Positions 1 to 11,113 of a stretch of DNA of 43,716 nt are shown piece after piece. Within the stretch, counting starts at the first letter, position 1. Each line of letters starts with the position of its first letter. The notes under the pieces are model-generated. The model saw nothing but the letters and a program-made list of their open reading frames with translations, did no database searches and was not told the DNA's origin. A program made the position numbers and the translations under genes. The DNA comes from Reclinomonas americana ATCC 50394 (lineage: Eukaryota), in NCBI GenBank assembly GCA_048213135.1, contig PS015530.1:1-43716 (forward strand). Reading direction: 5' to 3'.

Positions 1-2563
1 GGTGTGGAGATTCTCACGTGGAGAGCGGGCAGGCCTCCGAGGATATCTTTCTGCCGACGAGAGCGAGATCAATGGTGACGGTGACGCACACCAACTTTCA
101 CGAGAGCGTGGCGCGTCTCTACAAGTTCTTTTTCCAGAACTTTACTCGAGATGCCGTGGATCGGGTGCGTACCCTGCATGCATCTCTATCAAGCAAGTCA
201 GCCGCTTTATGTGTTTCGTGTACTGACTGGTGTGTGTGACCAGGCGACCCCGATTGAGAACTACCAATGGATCATGCGCGCTGAGCGGATGCGTGCCGAA
301 TTGGAGCACACAGAGACTGTGGCCGCCTTTATGGATCTTGTGCAGAGCTATGGCGAGGTGCGTGCATGCTTGTTTGCCTTCCCACAATGCCAGTGACACC
401 GTTCGCTGACGGGGCAAGCATTATGGCAGGTATCGCTTCCGTTTCCGTGGGTCTCATTCCGCACCGGCCGGCAAGAGTCGCACCCTGCCTTTGTTGTCTC
501 TGAAGAGCAGGTGCGAGAGTGCATTTTGCTGTTTGTGTTCTCGCCGGTGCTGAAAATTTGGTCGTGTGCAGATTTTGAAGGATTTTGTGCGCGATTGCAT
601 AGTGCTGGACGGGCAAGTGTTTGGCAAGCACGCCATCATGCGCAGTCCGTCGGTCGCTGAGGGCAGCGAATTCAATCCGCCGACCGAGGGTCGTCGACGC
701 TCACGCTCGCGTGGCAGTGCGCCTGGCTCAATTTTGCGGGCCGGATCGTCGGCTTTCTCGCTGGATCGCTCCGGAAGCACGTTGTACACTGCCGGTCCGC
801 AGACAGAACTTGACGAGCAGGGCGAGGGATCCGACTCTGTTGGCAGCCTGGACGATGAGCTGCTCGGCGAGCCGGGTGTGGTGAGCGTTTTCTCGCAGCA
901 CTGGACCACCAGCAATCTGATACTTCGTGTGAGGCGCCTGTTTTCGGTGCGCACATAATCTCCTGCGTTGTATCGTTGCACTCGTGTGGCTCATTGACGG
1001 TACCGCAGGCTCGCAAGCGAAAGCGCATCAATGCGGAAATGTCAAGACGACCGGAGCTGCCGCGTGCGCTGACCACGTCTGGCATGTTCACAGCCGAGTC
1101 GTACCGCCAAGCAGCAGCCTCGTCACGAACGCTTGAGGGTGTGTGCATTTTGTGCGGCACGGTGACATGTTCCTCTTGATGCTGATGCCTTGCTGGGCTG
1201 CAGTGAATCGAGCCACACTGGAAAGCTTTGTGGTCGAGTCGCAGCGGCCATCGGTGGCGCAGCAGCTGCAAAGGCTACACCAGCTGACACCTGCCAAGAG
1301 TTCTCACTCGAGAGCTGGCAAGAGCGGCGGTGATTCGTCGTCGCCGTGGAAGTCACCTCGTCTGGAGAACGGGGCCGACACGAAGGCATCTGGGCCAGCA
1401 TTAGGTGCGATGCTGATCATGATACGCTCGGGTGAGGGCTCGCAACTGGGTGATGCGTGACTTTTTCCTTCTCGTGTTCCTTCCGATGTTTCTCTCCGCC
1501 TGTGTCACTCTCACTCTGCCATATATATATATATGTGTGTGTGGGGTGACAACATCGTGGCACATCTGAGTTTCTGCAAGAGTATTCACGATCATCGTAC
1601 TCACTGGATATCTCTCTGCGTGTGTCAGTGGTTGAACTCGACAAGCGAATGAGCATGTCGTTGCCAGCTGCCGCTGGTATGTCGGGTTCGTTCCGGAATC
1701 TTTCCTCGTCGCACAGATTTTACTGTTGCTGTCACTTTGCTCATTGCATTGTCATGCTGTGCAGCGCATGCTGAGCAGTTGCGCAACCGTGCAGCATCGT
1801 CACGAAGCATGGCTCTCGGTCCGGCGGAGCAGCCATCGCCACAAGATCCACTACTCAGCCAGAGGGTTTGTTGTTGCTGTCTGCGTGCTGGTGGTGTGCG
1901 CTGCACGCATTTCGTTGTCGCCCACGTACAGTCGCGCGCCCCAAATAGAAACTGCTGACGCGCCACTTGGTCGACGACCCGCTCATCTCGGGACTCGGGA
2001 ATCCGCAGAGTCGGCGTGCAGATGGTCATTTGGGAGTTGCGTTGCGCGTCGCACGTGCACACTCGCGCATTCACCTTCTCATTCCACTCATTCTCACGAA
2101 AACAATATGGCAGGCGGAACTGGCAATGCTGAATAGCTACGGCATCGACAGCAGTAGCCCGACGTTGATGTTTCCAGACTTGCTGGTGGCCACTGTCGAA
2201 CTCAAGCGCAAGCTCAAGGCCCGAATCGAGGCGCCCATTTTCAGCGAAGAGAGTGAGCACGAGGCATTCCGCGAGGCGCAACTGCTGCGCGACGCATTGC
2301 GAGTTGCGTACGCTTGTGGATTCACGCGAAGATACTCAGCGCACTCACATTTCTTCTTCTGCCCACCACAGGACTCTATCATGGCGCACGTCCCGGAGGC
2401 ACAAACCATGACGCAGGCCTCGACATTGACGTATCAGGCTCTTCAGCAGTTTACGCGTACGTCGGCCGGCGGTGACTGCCTGGAAACAGTGCAGTACATT
2501 TTCCCGCCGGACCCGCGGTGGGTGTACCCGCAGGACACACAGCAAGTGCTGCCGATCGTGATT
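1..2563 (+). CDS. Hypothetical multi-exon protein, partial at both ends (runs off the window start and into the N gap at 2564)
   Basis: Exons join in frame across GT-AG introns (e.g. ...RDAVDR|ATPIENYQW..., ILKDFVRDCIVLDGQ, KLLTRHLVDDP, LQQFTRTSAGGDCLETVQYIF). Codon usage looks like the host genes. No family recognised. Confidence 0.7.
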
Positions 2564-2625
2564 NNNNNNNNNNNNNNNNNNNNGTAGCTATTTCACTCTT
2601 TATTGCGAGGGAGAGAGGAGGAAGC

Positions 2626-5192
2626 ATGTCTTTTGTGCAACACCTCGGCGAGATCTATACCACGCTTGCCGCACGTTTCGGTATGCGTTTCTCCGTCGCG
2701 CCTGTGCTGAGTCTCTGTGTGTGTGTGTGTGTGCCCACCTCCTTTGTTGCACAACAAAGGTTCCGATGTGATCGACACGGCCTTGTTCTACACGTCATTC
2801 TCGCTCTTCGCCGCCACCATCAGCAGCATTCGTCGCGTGCAGGCCGTCAAGTTCTACTTGTTGTTTGGTGAGAACGAATGTGCGCATCTTGGCCTTCTCC
2901 CAACATCTCACTCTCTCACTCTCATTCTCTCCAGTGGTGGTGGTGTGTGCGGTGCTTGAGGTGCTGGTGGGTGCACTGCTGCCCTCCGCGCATGTGACCA
3001 CTGCGCAGTATGACTTGGTGTCGACCATTCGCAAGGCATGCCAATCACGCTCTTCTCTCTCTCACTCACAGTGTGGCGACGACTCACTCTGTGCGTGCAC
3101 GCACAGTCGTCCTCCGGCTTCCTCCTCATGGTGTGGCTGTTTGCACTCATGTTCCCCAAGGATCTGGAGGGCGACGAGAAGAAGGGCGGAGCAGGGCATG
3201 CATTGGCCGAGGCATCTTCCGGTGGCGATCCGGCACACGTGATGAATCAACGTCGCATGCCACTCGGCCTGCGTGGCGAGGAGGTACATGGAGAGCTGCC
3301 GGCGGGCTCGCTGCTTGCGCAGCTGAAAGTGGCGCCGCGCACGGAAGTGCAGGGTTGGTCACATGCGAGACTGCTCTCATATTGTCGACTGTGCGTGTTG
3401 ACCTGTGCCGGCGGCAGGCAACGACGAGTCGTCGGAGGTGCATGCGCGACTGACTCGGGCAGCGGAGAGTGCGCACTTGGAGCTGTGCTCGGATGAGTTT
3501 GCGGCGCACATGGACGCCAACGACGAGCTGGCGCAGTACCGCGATCAGTTCTTTATGCCACAGGCTCCCGACGGCAGTGGTTGGTCACTTCTCCTCGTGC
3601 TGCTTCTTTTGCATCACCACCCTTACGTTCTTGTCGCTTCTCGCAGACGCCTGCTACTTGTGTGGCCACTCGCTGGGCCTGCAGGCCCGTGGCACGGAGG
3701 AGTCGGTGCTGCAAGACATTCGCAAGTGGCAGCGTGTGGGAGTGCGGTCAGTTGTCGTCGTCGTGTCCGTGCGCCCCTGGTGTTGATTGATACTCACACG
3801 GGCACAGTGGGCACTTTGAAGCGCCGCGACCGTGGTTCCTCATTGAGGACGAGGTGCAGGAACCGATGGCCAACTTGGTCGGCGCCAAGCCGAGTGAGGT
3901 ATCACGCCGTCTGGCTGCTGCAAAAAGCTGTTGCACACACACGACACTCACTTCACCCTGTCATTGTAGGTCGTGGTGATGAATTCGCTGACGGTGAATG
4001 TGCACCTGCTGTTGGTGTCGTTTTACCGGCCCTCGGAGAGTCGCTTCCGCATTCTGATCGAGTACCACTCGTTCCCCTCCGACATGATTGCCTTCCGCAC
4101 GCACGTTCACTCGTGGGGACTCGATCCCGACGAGGTGCTCATTCAGGTGGCCCCGCGCGATGGTGAAGACTCGATCCGCACCAGCGACATTCTGTCGATT
4201 TTGGAGCAGCACGGTCACGAGATCGCACTGGTGATGCTGTCGGGCCTGCAGTTCCGCACCGGTCAGCTGTTCGAGATTCCAGTGTTGCGTCGATGGGGCC
4301 AGCCAGAGTGTTAGAAATGTCCCCTCCCGGTTCGCCTCATCTCTCTCTTTTTTTTGTGTGTGTGTTGCGCGCAGCATCACCGAGGCTGCTCACCTGGTTG
4401 GTGCGCGAGTTGGCTGGGATCTGGCGCACGCAGTCGGCAACGTGCCGCTGAAGCTGCACGAGTGGAACGTTGACTGCGCCTGCTGGTGCACCTACAAGTA
4501 CCTGTGCGGTGGTCCCGGAAACCTCTCCGGCGTCTTTGTGCACGAGCGCTTTGCCAACGAGCCCGATCTGCCGCGCTACGCCGGTTGGTGGGGCAACCGA
4601 CGTGAGACGCGCTTCCATGTGGTGAACGAGTTCGATCCGGCGCCGGGTGCTGCCGGTTGGCAGCTGAGCAATCCGATCGTGCTCGGCATCAGTGCCCTGA
4701 TCCCACCACTGCGCCTCTACAACGAGGCGGGCATGGAGCGACTGCGTGCAAAGAGCCTCTTGCTCACGGCCTACATGGAGATGCGGCTGCAGCGCGAGTT
4801 GGACGGCAAGGTATGTGTGGGGGGAGAGACAAGTTGGCAGAGACGGGTGCATGCGTGTGCTCATAGGGGTCTTCGACGTTGCGCGCACAGATCCACATCA
4901 TTACCCCGCGCGACCCCGCGCAGCGCGGCTGCCAGTTGTCGATTCAGATTCGTGGCAAGTTCAACGGTAAGAAACTGTCGGCCAAGCAGATCGAGGTTTG
5001 TGTGCACTGCACGTGTGTAGGTAGGAGGCGATCAACCACCTCATGTGCCTGCGCCAGGAAATCATGGTGGCCGACGGATTCGTGGTCGACAAACGCGACC
5101 CCGACATTCTGCGCCTGGCTCCCAAGCCACTCTACAACTCGTTCTCGGATGTGTCGCGACTGGTGAAATACCTGAAGTCGCACTTGCAGTGA
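2626..5192 (+). CDS. KYNU: Kynureninase (PLP-dependent), apparently with an N-terminal three-TM extension resembling the GEX1/Brambleberry C-terminus
   Basis: Spliced product contains YLCGHSLGLQ, EVVVMNSLTVNVHLLLVSFYRP, GWDLAHAVGNVPLKLHEWNVDCACWCTYKYLCGGPG, GWWG, GWQLSNP, ITPRDPAQRGCQLS and LRLAPKPLYNSFSDV; stop TGA 5190-5192. The kynureninase domain starts ~3420. The link to ATG 2626 depends on a GC-AG intron at 3036-3106. Confidence 0.92.
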
Positions 5193-5312
5193 CGGGCGGG
5201 AGTATGCAACGGGTGACGTGAAAATAGAAATGAAGACAAGAAAGAGAAATACGATGCATTGTCTTCAGCGATCCTCCGCCCACCACGTGCATCACAGGCT
5301 GCGGCGGCCGCA

Positions 5313-6246
5313 TCACAACACGCTGATGAGGTCCTCGATTTCACGCTTCTGCTGCAGCAAGCGTGCCCTTGCTGACAGCTGTGTTGGAGGTGCACCTCCG
5401 GCGGCTTCCTCACTGGCGCCGCTGCCCTCACCCGCCGGTGGCGGTGGTGGTGGTGGTGGCGGAGGTNNNNNNNNNNNNNNNNNNNNGGAGGCGGGAGAAA
5501 GGAAACGATGGAGGACACGCACCTCTTTTCGTATTCGTTCTCGATAAACTTGACCACGATGCGCGCATGCCTGGCCACGTCGACATTCTGCAACAACGAT
5601 GCCAGACTGGTGATAATGTGCTCCTCCATCTCGCGAATGGACTCCTTCTTGGCCTTGGCGCTCTTCATGAGGGCGGCACACAGCGTGCCGAGACCCTTGA
5701 TGTCGACGAATCGCGCGCAATTCTTCTCGTTGTTGAGCAGAGCGTGGTCGAGAGCCTTGAGGGCGCCCGGCCGAGTGTGCTTTTTCTGAATGAGCAGTAC
5801 CATGAGCTCGAGGCCTTCCACGCGCCGGAAAAAGTCCTTGTTCTCGTTCTCGACCAGTGCGTAGCACAGGCAATCAAAGAGGTTCTCCATCAGTTCCTGC
5901 TCCTCTGACGTGTTGGCCGGGCGGCGCTTGAACGGCTGCATTCACACACCACTCAGCCATCACGCAGCGACTGGCACGGCAAAGCGGAGCAGCAGACGCA
6001 ACTACGAGAGCTTTCAGCAGCTCCTCCACTCCATTGATCTTGCCGAGCTCCTTGCGGATGTGCGGGTCGCTCATGAGAAAGATGGAGAGGATCTCGCTGG
6101 CGTACAGCTTATTGGCGTCGAACTTGCGCGTCTTGATGCGATGCACCAAGTACGGCAGGATCGGCGTCTTGCGCACCGCGTCCACGGCGGTCGTCGGCAC
6201 CAGCTCCGTGAGGTGCTCCAGAATGCCAAGCACATTGTGCAACGCG
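5313..6246 (-). CDS. CTNNBL1: Beta-catenin-like protein 1 (Prp19/CDC5L complex), partial; interrupted by gaps
   Basis: FDANKLYASEILSIFL, KRRPANTSEEQELMENLFDCLC, EGLELMVLLI, ALKALDHAL, FVDIKGLGTL, EMEEHIITSLASLL, KFIENEYEK. C-terminal QKREIEDLISVL* lies beyond the 20-N gap. Confidence 0.92.
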
Positions 6247-6311
6247 NNNNNNNNNNNNNNNNNNNNAGCCGCGCGCCCTTGAGCGCCTGCGCAGTGAATG
6301 AGTCCACGTCC

Positions 6312-7304
6312 ATGTCTCCAACACACGCGAATGAGTTGTCCTGCACACTTTGTGAGATGAGGCGACGCAAGAACGTGGCGGCCATCATCAACACCACGTT
6401 CTACATTATCGGCTCGGTGCTCTTCATTGCCGCCAGCATCTTCTTTTACCCGACAGTGTCGTCGGTGATTGTGTCTTCGTCTGCATCGTCGACGTCGTCG
6501 CCCTTCACGTTGTATCACATGGGCGTGCTCGGGTTCATCATCGGATCGGCGTTCTTCACGACTGCGGCGTTGCAGAATGCAATGGATCAGTGGGCGGCCA
6601 CACGGAAGCAGCAACGAGAGGCGTCAATGACGGTTCTCTTTGCGCATTCCCGAACTCTCACTGCTTGCATGCTCACTCGTCGTCTTTCCAGTCGTCCATC
6701 AACGAGTCGTCGCGGTTGTTGTTGCAGTCGACGCCGGTGCCGCGGTGGCCGTACTGGTCAATGGTGCGTGTGATGTTCTCGGTGCTCGGCGGTCTGCTCT
6801 TCCTCGTGGGCTCGGTCGGCTTTTGGCCGTCGTTTGGTCACACTGGATCGCTTGTTGGTGCGTCCACAGTGTGTGCACTGGGCGTGTGTGCGTGTGTGGT
6901 CGCTCACTGTCTGGTGCGCAGGCAACTGGACGTATCGCTTCGGGTCGTTGTCGTACATCACTGCGGGCGTGTGGAGCCTGGTGACGCTGCCGTCGGGCAG
7001 CTGCAGGCGACCGTGTGTCGCCGCTGTTGTGGCTCCATCGGTGTTTATCTGCGGTGCTGTGTGCTTTTTGCTGGGTGGAGCGCTGTACTTGGCCGCGTGG
7101 CGTGAGGACGTGGCGAGTGTGGCATGGGCCGTCGGTTCCGGCTTCTTCCTGTTGGGCTCGGTGGTCTACTTGCCGAGCTCGTGCCGGTCGGTCGACGAGA
7201 CGCAGGTGGACGCGGCCACGGCGGCGGTGCCAAAGGCGAGCGAGAGATCACGAGGCGGCAAGAGAGAAGACACGCACCTGCCGTCGTCGGCGGCGGCCTG
7301 GTGA
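6312..7304 (+). CDS. Multi-pass membrane protein with about three YrhK-like repeats (true 5' end may lie in the gap)
   Basis: Repeated motifs YIIGSVLFIAASIFFYP...GVLGFIIGSAFF, VLGGLLFLVGSVGFWP...WTYRFGSLSY and ICGAVCFLLGGALY...WAVGSGFFLLGS; two GT-AG introns. Confidence 0.75.
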
Positions 7305-7338
7305 TGGTGGATGATAAACGAAGTGTGAGATACATGAT

Positions 7339-7438
7339 GGGAGCGGGAGGGAGCGAAAGTTCTTCACGTTTTTCGCCACGTGAGAATGCCTCACGTCGTT
7401 AAAACGCCCCGGCGACGTGCTGCGCTGAACGTAGCTTG
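7339..7438 (+). repeat. Left inverted repeat
   Basis: GGGAGCGGGAGGGAGCGAAAGTTCTTCACGTTTTTCGCCACGTGAGAATGCCTCACGTCGTTAAAACGCCC... is the reverse complement of 9632-9734 apart from a few substitutions and a 3-nt indel. Confidence 0.95.
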
Positions 7439-7944
7439 CGGGGCCAACGCCCCGCTCTTTTCTTACTTTAGTCAGCAGCCTTTGCAGCTGGTGCAAGTGC
7501 TGCTCCACGAGCTCTCTCACTCGAACAACCTGTGTCTATCTCACAGCATGGCGCTGCACGATCGCCTGCGTGCGCATGATGATACCCACCGCGTGCACGT
7601 GTGGTGGTCAGCGTGTCTGCACTGTAAACTGCGTCGCCAAGTCGATGCCGCTGAAGCGCAACAGCGCTGGGCAGTCACCAGTGGTATAGAGTAGAGAGAG
7701 TGAGTGGTGCGGCAGCGTGCGTGCGTCACAAGCTGAGCTGGTTGTGTGGAAAACGCTCGTTCATCGCGCAGTCACAACCTTCATTCGCGTTCAGAATCAC
7801 TTCGCAAACTACACGCGTGTGTTCGTGTATCCATCGCTCGTCTGATTGCAACTGCACTTAGCATACAGCATCACATGATCTAGCTGCTCTTCGAGACACG
7901 GCAATCACCTCGCAACGAGCGTGTGAACGCAATAACAAGTAATC

Positions 7945-8345
7945 TCAAATCACGTGCGCAGAGGCTTGTTTGCATCCAGGAGCGTGGAGGTCGGTCGAGT
8001 TGCAGCACGTCCATTTGAAGTTGGGCTGAAGCAGCAGCAGCAGCAGCAGTCAGAAGTGCGTGACCATCACATCACACACATGACCCACAAGACATACCAG
8101 CTTTCCTTGAGCATGCTTTTCTTCCATCTGCGTCACCTGCGCAAAACTTACTGTGAACAAAGGCAGCAACTAATGAACACTGCGCTGTACGCCAATATAC
8201 CATCTGCGAGACGTGTCAGCAAAAGTGATGGCAATATTGCACGAACAGTAAGTGCGTACCGCGTTGAACTGGCCAACATGATCACAAAAGCAATCGTTGA
8301 GTAGGATATTGAAGAAGTAGTCGGCTGGCAACAAGCACATACCGG
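7945..8345 (-). pseudogene. Decayed spliced gene fragment with a BTK-motif-like Cys/His zinc-binding exon, inside the TIR element
   Basis: Host-style introns at 8204-8259 (GTACGC...CGCAG) and 8026-8097 (GTATGT...TTCAG). Last exon reads PNFKWTCCNSTDLHAPGCKQASAHVI*; that frame has an internal TAG at 8170-8172. Confidence 0.45.
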
Positions 8346-8598
8346 CTGCGCAATTGGAGCACAGTCAGTCGACGACACACACGCACAACACACACACACA
8401 CACACACACACACTAATTCATTCGCACAAAGCCAATAACACGCAACAAACAACACGCAGATACGCACACTCCCTGTCTCTCTCTCTCTCTGCACACACAA
8501 ACACGCATATACTCACCAACTGCACCATCATCATGCATCCATCGCCAATGTCGCCGTATCACACACACAAAACACACGCCACATGCAGTCAGTCGACG

Positions 8599-8602
<4 letters not shown>

Positions 8603-8655
<53 letters not shown>
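8603..8655. repeat. (AC)n microsatellite; a second tract lies at ~8374-8412
   Basis: Direct reading. Both tracts follow the same 5' flank CAGTCAGTCGACGAC. Confidence 0.95.
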
Positions 8656-8658
<3 letters not shown>

Positions 8659-8938
8659 CCAGTCGACAACAATCGACCAATAACACACACATACACACTC
8701 TNNNNNNNNNNNNNNNNNNNNNNNNNNNNNNNNNNNNNNNNNNNNNNNNNNNNNNNNNNNNNNNNNNNNNNNNNNNNNNNNNNNNNNNNNNNNNNNNNNN
8801 NNNNNNNNNNNNNNNNNNNNNNNNNNNNNNNNNNNNNNNNNNNNNNNNNNNNNNNNNNNNNNNNNNNNNNNNNNNNNNNNNNNNNNNNNNNNNNNNNCCT
8901 CCTACCTCCTACCTCCTCTCCTTCCTTCCCCCCTACCC

Positions 8939-8972
<34 letters not shown>

Positions 8973-9631
8973 TCTCTCCCTGTCTCCCTGTCTCCGTCCA
9001 AGTTCCAGGAGCCTCACTCCAAGAAGCGCTCCTCATGCGGCTCCCTCCTCCCCAACCACAATCACCTGGTCAGCAGAACCGGCGGCGGCGGACATTTCAC
9101 GTGGCGCTGTCTGGTTGATCGTGGAGGCTTGTGTTGTTGGATAAACACACACGCACACAAACGGCTATCGCGCGGGAAGGAGACTCGAGATTGGGGACGG
9201 GGACGCGGACATGACGAAGTCGACGTTCGGCGCGCCCCCACTTTCCGGGCTCGCACTCTTGCCTCACTCGCACTGCACCGATGACTACGAAGACAGTATT
9301 GACCGCTGACATCATAGGAAGACGACTTCTCCACTGGCTTCAATCCAAAATTGAAGTGTGCCGGCAAGGTGAAGAGTACACGAGCCAAGGGCAGAGGACC
9401 CGCACAGCAGCCACCGGGTGTTTGCGAACTGGGCACAAGTCGATCAAGCAACCGTCCCCACATTGGTCCGAGCGACTTCGGCTACCGACATCGCCTCATC
9501 CAAAGACCGCGATCTGTGGACACACATCAAGGCCTTCAACCATGTGGGCCCTCAGCCCTCAGCCCATGACTCGAGACCACTTCCCTTCACCATCTCTTGA
9601 CCCTTGGCATAAAGCCTTGGTGGTTTAGCTA

Positions 9632-9734
9632 CAAGCAACTTTCAGCGCAGCACGTCGCGCGGGCGTTTTAACGACGTGAGGCATTCTCACGTGGCGAAAA
9701 ACGTGAAGAACTTTCGCCCCCTCCTCCCGCTCCC
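9632..9734 (-). repeat. Right inverted repeat
   Basis: ...GGGCGTTTTAACGACGTGAGGCATTCTCACGTGGCGAAAAACGTGAAGAACTTTCGCCCCCTCCTCCCGCTCCC is the reverse complement of the left repeat. Confidence 0.95.
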
Positions 9735-9774
9735 GCCTTGCCCCTGATACTTGTGGTTTCACTTTGGCGTATTC

Positions 9775-11000
9775 TCACGACGCAGGCGGTGGCGGCTGTG
9801 GTGAGCGTTCCAGGCGCACAGGTCGGGCGCCGGTTATGGGGTCTGCGTGGGTTGCATGCGGCGGCACCCGGCCGAGCAAGCTCTCGAGCAGCGCCGAGTC
9901 CACCACCCCCGGAGGCATGAGCGATCGCGGTCGCAGTGGACGCACTTTCTGATTCCGCGGGTGTGGACGCAGCGACGGCAGCCGTGGTGCGATCACGGTC
10001 GGCGACATGTGCGTAATGAGTGACGAGCCCGACAAGCCTGCGCCAGAGACAATAGCGCCCGCAGGCGGCACTGGCGACAGAGTGCTCCCCCCAGGGACGG
10101 CACTCGTGTCCTCCGCCCGCTGGCTAGATCGCGGCGAGCGACTCGGCGACAAGGAATGGGCGTTGCGATAGTGACGACCCCTGGCCGATTGTACACGCAC
10201 AGGCTGCGCACAGAACATGAATGTGTGCGAGAGAGAAAGAGCGAAGAGAGACACGCGAGTGTGTGATTCACCTCTTCGTGCACATGTCGCCGGTGCTCCG
10301 AGTCGGCCGACAGTGGCCTCCGTAATGTTGTGCCACCTGCTGCTGCGGCGGCGGCGGCGGGCAATCGTGGAACAATACCTGCGCCGACTACTTGGTCCGG
10401 CATGTGACGCGCCCTGGCAACTCTGCACCACATGCACACGAGTGAACAACGGGAAGCATAGTGCAGTGCACAAAAGAGAGAAACAGCGGCCCGCACTTGG
10501 CACTTGCGTTGCTGCTTCCGCTGTGCGCACTGTCCAGCGACTCGGCGGAAAACGAGTTGGAGAGCACGGCGGCGGCCACCAGATGCTGGTGGTGACGTGG
10601 CATGCGCGAGGTGGGCGACTGCAACACTGCCGCTGGCGGTGGTGGTGGTGGTGGTGGTAATGGCGCCGGTTCCGACGCCGACACCATGAGCCCACCAGCC
10701 GCNNNNNNNNNNNNNNNNNNNNNNNNNNNNNNNNNNNNNNNNNNNNNNNNNNNNNNNNNNNNNNNNNNNNNNNNNNNNNNNNNNNNNNNNNNNNNNNNNN
10801 NNNNNNNNNNNNNNNNNNNNNNNNNNNNNNNNNNNNNNNNNNNNNNNNNNNNNNCACACACGCACATGTGAGTGTGTGTGAGTGAGTGAGAGTGAGTGTG
10901 TGTGAGAGGGAGAGAGACCAACCAGCACTGAAGGCGAGTGGAAGTATCTGTCGCGGCCTTGCTCGTCGTGCGGCGCTGTCACGTGTGCCACAGCGAGCAT
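9775..11000 (-). CDS. Hypothetical low-complexity Pro/Ser/Arg-rich protein (spans a gap; start uncertain)
   Basis: Exons ...SEPAPLPPPPPPPPAAVLQSP..., VARARHMPDQVVGAG...HVHEE and PVRVQSARG...ERSPQPPPPAS* join in frame over GT-AG introns. Confidence 0.6.
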
Positions 11001-11113
11001 GAGAACAACACGAACACAGTTGTGAGAGACTGAGACTGAGAGAGCGGTTTCACGATCAGATCAAATCAACCACCAACAACAACCTGTGACATAACACACA
11101 GATAAGAGAGAGC

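Larger units (their letters stand above)
7339..9734. mobile_element. Putative non-autonomous TIR DNA transposon (~2.4 kb, contains an N gap)
   Basis: ~100 bp inverted repeats at 7339-7438 and 9632-9734. Sits between two convergent stop codons (7304 and 9775). No transposase ORF is visible and there is no perfect TSD. Confidence 0.65.

Noticed and set aside
1449-1460. Possible AT-starting donor (G|ATGCGT)
   Set aside because: An in-phase GT donor lies 3 nt upstream, and there is no homology to discriminate between them.
7248-7520. ORF running through the inverted repeat (GRFNDVRHSHVAKNVKNFR in both copies)
   Set aside because: Stops lie shortly upstream in both copies and similarity ends at the repeat edge; better explained as TIR.
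8137-8151. 15-nt GTAAGT...GCGCAG looking like a tiny intron (minus strand)
   Set aside because: Far below the local intron size range, lies in decayed cargo, and does not restore the motif frame.
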